DNA from: Bacteroidota bacterium
GTDB taxonomy: Bacteria; Bacteroidota; Bacteroidia; J057
NCBI GenBank assembly: GCA_039815525.1
Contig: JBCBZF010000001.1
Coordinates: forward strand, 1-50,284
Length of the DNA stretch: 50,284 bases
Direction: 5' to 3'
Shown here: positions 29,525 to 39,663 of the stretch, in pieces
How positions within the stretch are numbered: position 1 is the first letter of the stretch
How the letters are laid out: each line of letters opens with the position of its first letter
Notes under the pieces: model-generated
What the model saw: the letters and a program-made list of their open reading frames with translations, nothing else
Databases searched by the model: none
What the model was told of the DNA's origin: nothing
Translations under genes and position numbers: made by a program

Positions 29525-31969
29525 TCAGTATTTCACCAGCTTGACGGTGCGATTGCTTTGTCGTCCGCGGAGAAAGTACATTCCAGACGGGAGATGCGAT
29601 ATTGATTCATAGCTGACTCTTCTCGTATCGACCGAAAATTCATCCAAAATTGCTCCTTTTGCATCCATCAGAACGATCTCTTCCCGTACCGTGCTGGACA
29701 GATTGATCAAGCCGGAAGTAGGATTAGGATACACCTGAATATTCTCTGTAAACATGGACGGTTCGGCTTTCCGACTGATATTGGCTTGCCAAACACCCCG
29801 TCCATAGGTGGAGATATAGAGAATGTTTTCCGCTTCATCATACTTAAAATCATAAATTCTGACCGACGGAATGCTCAAATCCGGAACGGGGAATTCACGA
29901 CCGAATTGCCCGTGATAGAGACCAGCCCTGGTTCCGAGGATGAATTCGTCTGATTGAAAAGGGGGAACGAACAGAGTTTCAATCGGTAAGCCTTTTTGCA
30001 GGCTGATGCTTTGAAAATCGAGGAGTTCACCCGCTGAATTGAGTTTTAGTAAAGTGTGTTGTTGTTTGGTTAGATCGGTTAATGCAATCCCATAAATGAT
30101 ATCCCGTCCATTTTCTTTTTGAACAAATACGTCTTTGAATTCAAAAGCGGGAGGTGAAAAAGGGAGGGTATTCACATCGAAGATTTGCGCACCAACAGAG
30201 TCTTTTGGATACGCCAGCTTCATCAAGTTCGATTGGTTGAATATGTACAGCTGACGTCCATTGTTTTCTGATCCCAATCGTACGCCTTCGGGTTCCGGGA
30301 AATCCAGGATTTGGGTCGGCTTGCAGTCCTGAGACAGACAATCTTCGGCATTTGGGATGGTCCACAGTCCTTCATCCAGATAGAAAAGCTCTTGGGGGAA
30401 ATCTGGATGGGTAAAGAGTTTGCTACGAAATGGCCCTCGTCTGATGACATTAGAGATGGAGCTTTTTCCGCCAGTTGCAATATTGTATCGTGAAAAGCGA
30501 TTGTTTTGACTGGAGGTATAGACAATGTTTTCATCTTCAGGATGAAAGGCCGACTCAAATCCATCCCCTCCTTTCATCCAATTGTATTGCCCATCGGCTT
30601 GCCGTAGCCAGGTTCCGTTATGCCACAATCCGATGGCGAGTCTCCCGGTTCCTGCCTGGTAGGAAATGTCAGTCGCTTGTAAAGTCCTCAGGCCGCTGGC
30701 GATGGAACGGGTTGAAGATTTGATGGAAACAAATTCTCCTGGCAGAAAGTACCTTTGTAAGTCCGCTATTTCGAATACATAGAGCCCACCATCATCATAG
30801 ACGTATATATCGTCTTGATAAGGCAGACTTCCATGAAAATCGCCATGGGCGCAGCTAAGCCCCTTGAAAAGTGGGGCCTCGGTATGTGTATTCTCTACAA
30901 TGGCCATATTCATGTTCACCGTGCCACATAAGATCAATTCTGTTCCCGGAGAATAGGGATAAATCTCCAGCGTTTGATCATGACCATGATGCCTGCCATC
31001 GGCCATGAACCAGGGAAGCTCGAGCTGCTCCCAATCGATGCCACCATTTCTGGATCTGAACATGACCATGGTACCTTCAGTGATGGCAAAATGGTAGACG
31101 ATATTTGGATCTGAAGGAGAATAGGCGATTTCTCCCCAATTGGTACTGATCCCAGTCTGAAAGGTGGAACTGCTTCCGTCCTGGCGCCTGATTTTGACGG
31201 CATTCCCATGGTGAGAGGCCAGGCCTACACCGGGAATGACTTCGATATCGCCAGCGAAATTGGAAAAGAGTGGCCCATCCAGGGGGGGCTCTGAGATGTC
31301 TTCATATGCTTCGCCATTGTATCGATAGATAGATGCATTGGTTGTCAGATAATGAATCTCCGGATTCTCCGGATCAATTTTAAGATTGGTTACGACTGGG
31401 AAGGTGCTGGTGGGAACCCCGTCAATGGTACCGACCCACTCCTCCAGGCCGTGATCCTTGCTTTTATCCCAAATAAACAAGCCTGGTCCGACACCACAGA
31501 AATAAAAGAGGTCGGGGTTTTCCTTGCTTTGGACAAGCCAGGTAAGTCCAAGTCCGGCCCAGTCGCTGTCGATCGGTTCCCAACTGCTTCCCTGATCATA
31601 ACTGACCCAGGCACCGCTGGTCTCGGTTGCGATGACGAAAGTCTGATCATCTTCCGAATCAATGACCAGCTCCTTAATCATACCGGATACACAGAGCCCT
31701 CCGAAGGCGCCGCACAAAAGATTGTCTTTATTCGGCCCTAGCTCTTGCACATTTTCCAGCGGAGAAAAATTTGTGAGCGTTTGGGTCTTCATGGCTTTTC
31801 TCTCCATTGCCAAGCTGCGGACCGTTTCTATCGGCAAAGCCGTTAGGCGATTCGCTTCGTTACGAGAAGATACGTCTTGGATTGAAGCGTAGTGTGATTC
31901 CCGCTGCGTCTGGTCGCATCCTATCAGAAAGAGGAGAATCAATGTAAAGGGTAAAAAGAATCTGTTCAT
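29525..31969 (-). CDS. Secreted BNR/Asp-box (sortilin/VPS10-like) beta-propeller lipoprotein with T9SS C-terminal sorting domain
   Basis: Lipoprotein signal MNRFFLPFTLILLFLIGC. Asp-box-like motifs are SYDQGSSWEPI and RSRNGGIDWEQL. The CTD is IQVYPNPTSGLINLSS...GMYFLRGRQSNRTVKLVKY. Confidence 0.85.
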   Translation of the reverse strand: MNRFFLPFTLILLFLIGCDQTQRESHYASIQDVSSRNEANRLTALPIETVRSLAMERKAMKTQTLTNFSPLENVQELGPNKDNLLCGAFGGLCVSGMIKELVIDSEDDQTFVIATETSGAWVSYDQGSSWEPIDSDWAGLGLTWLVQSKENPDLFYFCGVGPGLFIWDKSKDHGLEEWVGTIDGVPTSTFPVVTNLKIDPENPEIHYLTTNASIYRYNGEAYEDISEPPLDGPLFSNFAGDIEVIPGVGLASHHGNAVKIRRQDGSSSTFQTGISTNWGEIAYSPSDPNIVYHFAITEGTMVMFRSRNGGIDWEQLELPWFMADGRHHGHDQTLEIYPYSPGTELILCGTVNMNMAIVENTHTEAPLFKGLSCAHGDFHGSLPYQDDIYVYDDGGLYVFEIADLQRYFLPGEFVSIKSSTRSIASGLRTLQATDISYQAGTGRLAIGLWHNGTWLRQADGQYNWMKGGDGFESAFHPEDENIVYTSSQNNRFSRYNIATGGKSSISNVIRRGPFRSKLFTHPDFPQELFYLDEGLWTIPNAEDCLSQDCKPTQILDFPEPEGVRLGSENNGRQLYIFNQSNLMKLAYPKDSVGAQIFDVNTLPFSPPAFEFKDVFVQKENGRDIIYGIALTDLTKQQHTLLKLNSAGELLDFQSISLQKGLPIETLFVPPFQSDEFILGTRAGLYHGQFGREFPVPDLSIPSVRIYDFKYDEAENILYISTYGRGVWQANISRKAEPSMFTENIQVYPNPTSGLINLSSTVREEIVLMDAKGAILDEFSVDTRRVSYESISHLPSGMYFLRGRQSNRTVKLVKY

Positions 31970-32155
31970 GTTCTTTGGTGAAACATGTGATGGGATAAAA
32001 AGAAATGTGACAGGAATAGGATGCCAGTCCGGCGATGGGACTTCTTATACGAAGATACATGAATTCTCGATTTCAGCCTTAGAAAATATTTTTTCAACGT
32101 GAAGTACTCTGATTAGGTGTTATTTGGTAGATTCTCATTCCCAATCATTTCCAAC

Positions 32156-33673
32156 ATGAGAGCCACACTTTTCCTGCTACTAACGATTCCGTTTACGCTA
32201 TTTGCTCAACTGCCACTGCGGCTGGACACCAGTTTTGCCCAGCAGGGTGTGGCACGGCATTCAGTCGATCCGCAAAATGAAGACATGATTTCGATCAGCC
32301 AGGCGATAGGGGTTCAATCCGACGGGAAAATCATTCTGGGTGGTTATTCAGACATTGCTGGTGGGGAGGGTTGGTATTTTACCTTGATGCGTCTGTTTGC
32401 GGATGGCAGTGTGGATGAAAGCTTTGGGATCAATGGTGTCAGTCGAATCCGGATTCGAAATATTACCCAGGGGCATTCCCTGGTGATTCAGCCGGACGAT
32501 AAGATCATTCTGGCAGGAACCAGTTGGGGACCGGAAAACGGCGGAAATTCCGCCCGCTTTGCACTGGCACGTTTCACCAAAGATGGCAGCCCTGATCGGG
32601 GCTTTGGACAAAACGGCCAAGTTTGGCTGTCGGCGGGATCCGACTTTGATGTCGGAAATGAAGTCCTGATGCAGCTGGACGGGAGAATCCTCTTGATCGG
32701 GCAATCGGACACGGGCCGGGAAGATAGCGGTTGGGGTATATTACGCCTCTTGCCAGATGGAAGCTTTGATCCTACTTTCGGAACCCAGGGTAAACTGGTG
32801 CTCAACATGGGCTTTCGGCATAATTCCGGTGCTGACAATGCGCTCGTCCTGCCCGACGGACAGATATTGGTCAGTGGTTCTTCTGAAAATGGGGCCCGTA
32901 TCATTCGACTGAATCCAGACGGGACCCAGGATCTCAATTGGGGAGAGAATGGATTTGCGGATTTTCCAGATATGCTGATCGCCATGGATCTGGCGGTCGA
33001 CAGCCTCGGTCGGGTGCTCTGTGCACTGGCATATCCCAGTCAGGATCTCGCTGCTACCGCTCGCTTGTTGCCAGATGGGCAAACAGACACTGGCTTTGGA
33101 CAAGGGGGGGTGCATGTTTTTCAGGCATTTGCTGGTCGCTTTCCCGCCTATCACCAAATTGAAGTGCTCCCCACCGGCGAAATCATCGGCTTTGGGAGTA
33201 TTGCCATGCGATGGCCCAATGGCAATGATCACAATACCCTTAGCTTGCTGCAATATGATGCGACTGGCAAACCAGAGACTGACTTTGGTCAAGATGGCCT
33301 CCTGCAAATGCCCATTTGTCCCTATGATTTACTGGATGTGGCCGCGATCATCATGCCGGATCAGACAATTTTGCTTACGGGTGCTTGTTTCGCTGAAAAC
33401 AGTCAGGAATTCGCACTGGTCCGCCTGACCTGGCAAGCGCCAGGCTACCAGGCAGTTGACGACCTACGCGTCTATCCCAATCCAAGCACCGGACAGGTCT
33501 TGGTTGATGTCCCCGCTGAGCTGGCTGGCGAGATTTTGCAGATTGTAGATCTGCGGGGACGTGTCATTGCGCAGCAAATTGCTGAAGCTGGCCAGAATCG
33601 TCTCAGCCTGCAAAGTGCTGGCATGTATGTGGTACGGTTGCAGGAAAAAGGCTGGAAGGTAGTCGTAAGGTGA
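32156..33673 (+). CDS. Secreted delta-60 repeat beta-propeller protein with T9SS C-terminal sorting domain
   Basis: The ATG at 32156 gives the signal peptide MRATLFLLLTIPFTLFAQ; the listed 32117 start is GTG. There are about 7 repeats of D.(S/T/G)FG..G (LDTSFAQQGV, VDESFGINGV, PDRGFGQNGQ, FDPTFGTQGK, TDTGFGQGGV, PETDFGQDGL). The CTD is LRVYPNPSTGQVLVDV...GMYVVRLQEKGWKVVVR. Confidence 0.85.
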   Translation: MRATLFLLLTIPFTLFAQLPLRLDTSFAQQGVARHSVDPQNEDMISISQAIGVQSDGKIILGGYSDIAGGEGWYFTLMRLFADGSVDESFGINGVSRIRIRNITQGHSLVIQPDDKIILAGTSWGPENGGNSARFALARFTKDGSPDRGFGQNGQVWLSAGSDFDVGNEVLMQLDGRILLIGQSDTGREDSGWGILRLLPDGSFDPTFGTQGKLVLNMGFRHNSGADNALVLPDGQILVSGSSENGARIIRLNPDGTQDLNWGENGFADFPDMLIAMDLAVDSLGRVLCALAYPSQDLAATARLLPDGQTDTGFGQGGVHVFQAFAGRFPAYHQIEVLPTGEIIGFGSIAMRWPNGNDHNTLSLLQYDATGKPETDFGQDGLLQMPICPYDLLDVAAIIMPDQTILLTGACFAENSQEFALVRLTWQAPGYQAVDDLRVYPNPSTGQVLVDVPAELAGEILQIVDLRGRVIAQQIAEAGQNRLSLQSAGMYVVRLQEKGWKVVVR

Positions 33674-33797
33674 GCGATTCGTTTCTTCCTTTCTGCTTTT
33701 TTTGCAGATTGTGTCTTGACCGATGAAATCCTCTTCCACAGACATTGTCGCAGTTTGTCCTGGAATAGGTAAGGTGAGCACTTCGTTATCAAATCAA

Positions 33798-34190
33798 ATG
33801 AATATGCACGAAGCATACGAAAAAGGCCTCGGCCATCCGGCCGACTTTCGGGTGAAATATAGATTTCGCAGTGCTGCCGAAGGCGGTCGTCAGAGCCTTC
33901 CCTTCCAGGGCATTCGCTGTGATTTTTCATTTGCTGATGAACCCGGTCCGCAACAATATATGATCTGGCCGGAATTCGAAGATGCCAACGGCGAGCCGAT
34001 CATGAACAAGACCGATCGACTTCCCGTCGAAGGAACCGCCCGGATGTGGATCGCAGATCCCCGGATGCGGCCTGTACACTATGAAAAAATCAAACTGGGT
34101 GTGAAGTGCCATTTCCGGGAAGGTTTGATGTATACCGCCGATTGTGAAGTGATTGAGATTCTGGGCCTGACCACGAATCCAACCACTTAG
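33798..34190 (+). CDS. Hypothetical protein
   Basis: The ORF 33723..34190 is listed. The N-terminal 25 codons look non-native, so internal ATGs at 33798 or 33804 (MNMHEAYEKGLGHPADFRVKYRF...) are preferred. No family was recognised. Confidence 0.5.
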   Translation: MNMHEAYEKGLGHPADFRVKYRFRSAAEGGRQSLPFQGIRCDFSFADEPGPQQYMIWPEFEDANGEPIMNKTDRLPVEGTARMWIADPRMRPVHYEKIKLGVKCHFREGLMYTADCEVIEILGLTTNPTT

Positions 34191-34261
34191 GGATAAAGAC
34201 AATCTTTTCTGAGAGTATGACAATCAATGTCATATCTAAACGCATGCATTAAGCCCAGACC

Positions 34262-34903
34262 ATGAACCCAGCCAAAGCCTACAGAATCGAAACCGAACGC
34301 CTGATCATCAGATGTTATCATCCATCGGATGCTGACCTGTTGAAGCAATCCATCGATGAAAGCCTGGACCATCTACGACCGTGGATGCCCTGGGCCCTGA
34401 ACGAACCAGAACCCCTGGAAAAGAAAGTCGCGCGATTGCGGAAATTTCGGGGACAATTTGATCTGGGGCTGGACTACACCTTTGGCATGTTCAACAAAGC
34501 AGAAACGCAATTGATCGGGTCCAGCGGTTTGCATACCAGATTGGATGAGCAGGCCAGAGAAATTGGCTATTGGCTCAACGTCAATTATCTCAGGCAAGGC
34601 TACGGCAGGGAAACGGTACAGGCACTGACCAAAGTGGGCTTCGACATTGAGGGCCTCGAGCGCATCGAAATTCACTGTGATCCTGACAACCTCCGCAGCC
34701 AGCAAATTCCCCAACACCTTGGCTATGTCAATGAAGCCACTCTTCGCAATCGAACCACAGACACTGATGGCAACAAACGAGACCTGATGATCTGGACCAT
34801 GTTACAGGAGGCGTACGTCCAAAGCCCTATCAAAAACATGTCACTGCGCGCATTTGATGTGTTAGGTAATGCCATTGAGTTGGACGGAGAGGGTTTCGAT
34901 TGA
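34262..34903 (+). CDS. GNAT family N-acetyltransferase (RimJ/RimL-like)
   Basis: 213 aa, ETERLIIRCYHPSDADLL...LRPWMPWA..., with acetyl-CoA motif ...GYWLNVNYLRQGYGRETVQAL... Confidence 0.88.
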   Translation: MNPAKAYRIETERLIIRCYHPSDADLLKQSIDESLDHLRPWMPWALNEPEPLEKKVARLRKFRGQFDLGLDYTFGMFNKAETQLIGSSGLHTRLDEQAREIGYWLNVNYLRQGYGRETVQALTKVGFDIEGLERIEIHCDPDNLRSQQIPQHLGYVNEATLRNRTTDTDGNKRDLMIWTMLQEAYVQSPIKNMSLRAFDVLGNAIELDGEGFD

Positions 34904-34986
34904 ACCAAGCAGATAAACAATCACTGCTCATCCAGGTTGAGTCTTTACCACACTCCTTAGCCGCATTCACATCCAGTCATACCGAA

Positions 34987-35175
34987 ATGAGCGAAAAACA
35001 AAAACCCAATGCATTACAGATCGCAGCCGTGGTTCTCTGTGTAATTGGTTGTTCCCTGCTTGCGGCACCAGTTTTCATCGAGAGTGAACTGGATTTGCGA
35101 ACCTTCGGCCTGGCCTTCAATGGCGCCGGGCTTTTCGCCTTTCTCTTTGGCAGAAATGCAGGAAAAGCCAGTTAG
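34987..35175 (+). CDS. Possible small membrane protein
   Basis: The ATG at 34987 within the listed ORF 34900..35175 gives MSEKQKPNALQIAAVVLCVIGCSLLAAPVFIE...GLAFNGAGLFAFLFG, with two hydrophobic segments. No homology was recognised. Confidence 0.35.
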   Translation: MSEKQKPNALQIAAVVLCVIGCSLLAAPVFIESELDLRTFGLAFNGAGLFAFLFGRNAGKAS

Positions 35176-35258
35176 CCTTTTATCCTCACTTCTCCTCCAA
35201 ACCGAAAAGCTGCTGTAGAATAGGTTTTGATCTTTCCTTAAATTGGAAAACAAAAGCC

Positions 35259-35696
35259 ATGAACAAGGGATTCTTTGCCATTCTCCTGCTCGGACTCATT
35301 TTTACAGCCTGTCAAAGTCCAGGTCCTTCCTATGAAATCGCTGGTCCTCAAAGTCAGACGATCGCTGACATGATTGAAGCGGTCAATGAGAAAAATGCGG
35401 AAAAATACGTCAAAGGCTTTGCTGAAGATGTCCAGGTCTTTGTGGCATCAGAAATGAAAATCAACGGCCGGGAAGCGCTTCAAGCCAATCGGGCCAACCA
35501 TTTTCAAAACCATCCTGAGGTAAAATCAAAGATTCAACACCTGGTGGAAATAGACGAACGCGTGATTTTGCATGACAAAGTATGGCTCGACGAATCGGAT
35601 CAGAACGGCCAGGACATTGTGGAGATTTTTACCTTTGAAAATGGCGCCGTGGTCAGGGTTGATGTGATTCAGCCTGAGAATTTATTCAGACGCTAG
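35259..35696 (+). CDS. NTF2-like (SnoaL-type) lipoprotein
   Basis: Lipoprotein signal MNKGFFAILLLGLIFTAC. A ~125-aa domain with an NTF2/SnoaL-like pattern (..MIEAVNEKNAEKYVKGFAEDVQVF...IVEIFTFENGAVVRVD). Confidence 0.65.
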   Translation: MNKGFFAILLLGLIFTACQSPGPSYEIAGPQSQTIADMIEAVNEKNAEKYVKGFAEDVQVFVASEMKINGREALQANRANHFQNHPEVKSKIQHLVEIDERVILHDKVWLDESDQNGQDIVEIFTFENGAVVRVDVIQPENLFRR

Positions 35697-35723
35697 CCCC
35701 GGAAAGACAACCTATCCTGTGGA

Positions 35724-36458
35724 CTAGATCATTTTCAATAAATCTTCCTTTCGATTGCGCGCCACAGGAAAATTCATACCGTTAGAGAGCATCAGATAGC
35801 CCCCATCCGCCCGGATGTACTCCCGAACGTGTTGCAGATTGACCAGGTGCGAGTTGTGGACGCGGAAAAAGCGATGTCCTTTGAGCCAGGATTCCACGTC
35901 TTTCAAGGTGCGGGAAATGAGTTTTTTTCGACCATCCTTCAGATAAATCATGGTATAGTTGCTATCTGAGCTGCAAGCCACGATCTCATCTGGCTCTACA
36001 AACTCAATGCTTTCCTTGGTCGCAAGTGCAATCTTATTGGCGGCCTGTTTTTCTATAGTTGGCTGACTGCTGAACAAAACTTCCGTCTGGACACCCCGCT
36101 TTTTCTTAAACTTCTCGATTGAGGCTTTCAATTCCTGATTTTGGACTGGCTTGAGCAAATAGTCCATCACATTTGCCTTCACCGCACGTATGCCAAATTC
36201 ATCGTAAGCGGTGGTCAGAATGACCTCAAAGCTGGCTTTTTCGCCCAATTCTTCCAGCAACTCAAAGCCATTGAGACGTGGCATCTCGATGTCCAGAAAA
36301 AGCAGGTCCGGCGGATGGTTTTGCAGATAATCCAAGGCTTCTGAGGCATCCGTAAACTGCGCCAACACTTCTACTTCCGGACAAAAACGTTCCAGTTTCC
36401 AGGCCAGGGTCGCAACAGAGTGCTTTTCATCGTCGACGAGGATGGCTTTGATGTTCAT
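35724..36458 (-). CDS. LytTR-family response regulator
   Basis: The true start is MNIKAILVDDE at 36458 (the listed ORF runs to 36524). REC motifs are LVDDE and LLFLDIEMPRLNG. The LytTR domain is ..IVACSSDSNYTMIYLKDGRKKLISRTLKDVE..FFRVHNSHLVNLQHV.. It lies 10 nt downstream of the kinase stop. Confidence 0.92.
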   Translation of the reverse strand: MNIKAILVDDEKHSVATLAWKLERFCPEVEVLAQFTDASEALDYLQNHPPDLLFLDIEMPRLNGFELLEELGEKASFEVILTTAYDEFGIRAVKANVMDYLLKPVQNQELKASIEKFKKKRGVQTEVLFSSQPTIEKQAANKIALATKESIEFVEPDEIVACSSDSNYTMIYLKDGRKKLISRTLKDVESWLKGHRFFRVHNSHLVNLQHVREYIRADGGYLMLSNGMNFPVARNRKEDLLKMI

Positions 36459-36468
36459 GAGCGGTTGG

Positions 36469-39400
36469 TTAAAGTGGAATACTGAGTTCGACACGGGTTC
36501 CTGCAGCGGCACCATTTTCATCATAGAGGTCAGTGACCTTCACGAAGGCATTGGCCCCGGCCAGGTGGTTGAGCATGGAGAGGCGTTCGCTGGTAATCTT
36601 CATGCCGTATGATTTGCGAGGTGTCGCTGACTTGGATTTGATTTGTTGCGCAGCTTCCCGTCCGATCCCATTGTCTTCAATGCGGCAGTGCAGATGCCCG
36701 TCTTCCTGATGAATGCGAATATCCAGACGACCCTTTTTGCCTTTATTCTGTAGCAGTCCGTGCCAGATCGCATTTTCAACATAGGGTTGCAGCAACATCG
36801 GCGGCACAAAAATCTGTTCCATATCCAGGCCAGTTTCGATCTGTACTTCGTAATCAAAGAGCTGGTCAAATCGCATGCTCTCCATTTCCATATACAGACG
36901 GAGTGCGGACAGATCATCTTTGAGTGGGACGGTGGTACTCTTGGAGTTTTGCAGGATCAGGCGAATCAGACGGGAAAAACGATTGAGATAGTCTGAAGCT
37001 TTTTCCGGCTCATTGTTGATGATATAGTATTCGATGGAGTTGAGAGAATTGAAAATAAAGTGCGGATTCATCTGGGCGCGCAGGGCGCTGAGTTCTACAT
37101 CGGCCAACTTGCGCTCATAGTCATTGCGCAATCTTTCTTCTTTCCGCACCCGCGCAATTTTCTCCCGATACAACAACCAGCCAATGATCAGAAAGAAGGC
37201 GATGACCGCCGCCCAAAACCAGAGCCTTTTGTACCAGACGGTGGAGATGTACACATACGTAATCGAAGGCTGTGGACTGGCAATGCCTTCACTATTGATG
37301 GCTTCCACCATGAAGCGATAATGCCCACCAGGGACATTGGTATAGGCGGCGAAGCGACGTGCCGTTCCATCCTGCCAGTCCTGATCAAATCCTTCCAGTT
37401 GATAGCGAAAACGGGTCTCTTCCGGCAGATTGTAGCCGATCGCTGAAAAGTCAAAAGAGAAAAAGTTTTGGGCATAGCTCAAAAAAATGCTGTCCGTCTG
37501 GCCGATGGCTTTGTTCAGCGGATAGGCTGTGTCGAAGATGTGAAAAGAGGAGATGTAGGGATGTGGTGCTTCCTGATTGGTCTGAAGACTGTCGGGGTGA
37601 AAAATGGTAATGGCTTTTCGTTGGCCACCGATCAGGCGTCCATCCTTTAGCTGACTGATGCTGGTAATGGTATATGGCAAACCATATTCACGATCATAAA
37701 ATGCCCCCCATCTTTTTTTCTCCCAATTGTATCGTTGAACCCCCTGGCGAGAGAAAATCAAAATGTCCGATCCGTATCGATGCACCTGATAGGCATCGCC
37801 GATTAGCCCGGTTTGATAATCAAAAGTGCGAAACATGCCTTGCTCAAGACTGTCTGCATGGCCATAGCCCAGTATATTTCGATTGGCTGCAATCCATACC
37901 CCACCTTCTGGATCAGTGGTCATCCAACTCATGCCGCGCTGCGCTTTAGGCTTATCAGAGGTGTAGGGATGGTAGATGAAATCCTGATTCTTCCGGTCAA
38001 ATATGAGCAGGCCGCTATGTTCCCGAAGCCAGATGTTCCCATTTTTGTCTTCGACCATGCGATCCCCCCCGAGGGCAAGTGGCCATATCTTTTCTAATTC
38101 GGTTCGGAAATTGTGCAGACGTTTGCCCGCATGATCCAGTCGCATCCAGCCTCCCAGAAAACTGGAAATCCAGAACGTACCCTCCCGGTCTTTGAGGATG
38201 TTTTGCAGGCGCGGAAAGTCGGTATCCGGCTGGAGTGGATATTTTTCCAAACTGCTTGTACCAAGTCGATACTGATAGAGGTGGCGACTTTCCAGCACGA
38301 GCAGAGTCTCTTCATCGAGGTAGGCGAGATCCGTCAATACCGCATCTTTGCGGCCATCCGGGAGAGGGATCAGCTCCCATTGGTCGGTTTGTCGGTCCCA
38401 GATCCAGAGCCCACTGGCTTGCTGAGACGCAACAAACAGGAAACGCTCGTCTTCGCTGAGCAAGGTCCGGCGGGTGATGGCCATCAGGTCCTGTGGCTCA
38501 TATTGCAACAAAGGATACTGCTGCATGAGTGGATTGTAGATGTAAACGCCATTGATGCGCGTGGCCGACCAAATGCGGTTTTGTTGGTCAAGGTGCTCGA
38601 TGCTGAACCATTCCTGGTCAGTATTGAGGTGACTTTCAATGATTGTCTCGGTAGAGATATGAAACAATTGAAGCCCCCGCTGGCTATTGATCCAAAGGTG
38701 TTCCGGGTCCTGAAGGTAAAATGAGTTGGTTTTATCCGCTTCGGTAAAAGGTGCCGTCTCATTCTGATAAACCGGATTGACTGCCTCGTAACGAAGACTT
38801 TTGGTATCAAACGTGAATAGACCAACATACCAGGTCCCAAGATAAATCAGACCATTTGGATGGAGCAGCATCGCGGTTGGTGCATTGGCATATTCCCGCA
38901 CTTTGCTGTCGGCGGTTTCATAGATAAACTGCTGCCATTGACCGTTTTGGGCATTCAGACGAACAATGCCTTCATTGGTGCCCAGCCAGTAAATGTGGTC
39001 TTGGCTGAGATCCTGCTGGATGACTGCGCCTGTTATCTCACAATTGTTCTCCGCCTCAGCTGCGCAGAGATAGCGAATGAAATCATCCGTCTCAGGACGA
39101 TATCGCAAGACGCCGCTGAATTTGAATCCAATCCAAACCTGGCCCTGCCGGTCCTGATACAGTGCCCAAACCTGATGATCCGGTACACTGTGTGGATCTC
39201 CGGGATGTGCATAATAATTGTGAATCTGTTTGTCCTGCAGATCATAATACGACAGACCGAGAGAGGTCCCGATCCATATCCGGTGGTTGACCGAATCAGC
39301 CAGCAACTGACCGACATAGTTGGAATGGATGGTACTGGAATCACCAGGAAGGTGTACAAAATTTTTCGCCTCAAGGCCGTCGATACGTGAAACACCAGAT

Positions 39401-39618
39401 TGGGTGCCAGCCCACATAAAGCCTTCTTCGTCTTCAGCCAGACAGAGGACTCTTTCATCTACGATACCATCCAGCTGATTGAAAATGAGTGGATTCCGAA
39501 AACTCATTTGCCCCCAACACACACAAGGAAGCAGGACCAGCCAGGCCAGTCCGCATCCTTGTAGCAATTTTTTGCCATGAACAATAAAAAAGCGATATGT
39601 CTCTATGTTTCGGCGCAA
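36469..39618 (-). CDS. Sensor histidine kinase with periplasmic two-component-regulator propeller + Y_Y_Y domain and LytS/YehU-type (PF06580) kinase core
   Basis: 1049 aa. It has long propeller-like repeats (..IWIGT..GL..Y..), a Y_Y_Y segment FRYQLEGFDQDWQDG...GHYRFMVEAINSEG, one TM helix (LWFWAAVIAFFLIIGWLLY), an H-box RAQMNPHFIFNSLNSI and an HATPase tail. The listed start is a TTG, so the exact start is uncertain. Confidence 0.9.
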   Translation of the reverse strand: MRRNIETYRFFIVHGKKLLQGCGLAWLVLLPCVCWGQMSFRNPLIFNQLDGIVDERVLCLAEDEEGFMWAGTQSGVSRIDGLEAKNFVHLPGDSSTIHSNYVGQLLADSVNHRIWIGTSLGLSYYDLQDKQIHNYYAHPGDPHSVPDHQVWALYQDRQGQVWIGFKFSGVLRYRPETDDFIRYLCAAEAENNCEITGAVIQQDLSQDHIYWLGTNEGIVRLNAQNGQWQQFIYETADSKVREYANAPTAMLLHPNGLIYLGTWYVGLFTFDTKSLRYEAVNPVYQNETAPFTEADKTNSFYLQDPEHLWINSQRGLQLFHISTETIIESHLNTDQEWFSIEHLDQQNRIWSATRINGVYIYNPLMQQYPLLQYEPQDLMAITRRTLLSEDERFLFVASQQASGLWIWDRQTDQWELIPLPDGRKDAVLTDLAYLDEETLLVLESRHLYQYRLGTSSLEKYPLQPDTDFPRLQNILKDREGTFWISSFLGGWMRLDHAGKRLHNFRTELEKIWPLALGGDRMVEDKNGNIWLREHSGLLIFDRKNQDFIYHPYTSDKPKAQRGMSWMTTDPEGGVWIAANRNILGYGHADSLEQGMFRTFDYQTGLIGDAYQVHRYGSDILIFSRQGVQRYNWEKKRWGAFYDREYGLPYTITSISQLKDGRLIGGQRKAITIFHPDSLQTNQEAPHPYISSFHIFDTAYPLNKAIGQTDSIFLSYAQNFFSFDFSAIGYNLPEETRFRYQLEGFDQDWQDGTARRFAAYTNVPGGHYRFMVEAINSEGIASPQPSITYVYISTVWYKRLWFWAAVIAFFLIIGWLLYREKIARVRKEERLRNDYERKLADVELSALRAQMNPHFIFNSLNSIEYYIINNEPEKASDYLNRFSRLIRLILQNSKSTTVPLKDDLSALRLYMEMESMRFDQLFDYEVQIETGLDMEQIFVPPMLLQPYVENAIWHGLLQNKGKKGRLDIRIHQEDGHLHCRIEDNGIGREAAQQIKSKSATPRKSYGMKITSERLSMLNHLAGANAFVKVTDLYDENGAAAGTRVELSIPL

Positions 39619-39663
39619 ATCATGTAGAGCCTGTCAGAAAAAGATAGTGAGTTTTTGCCAAAG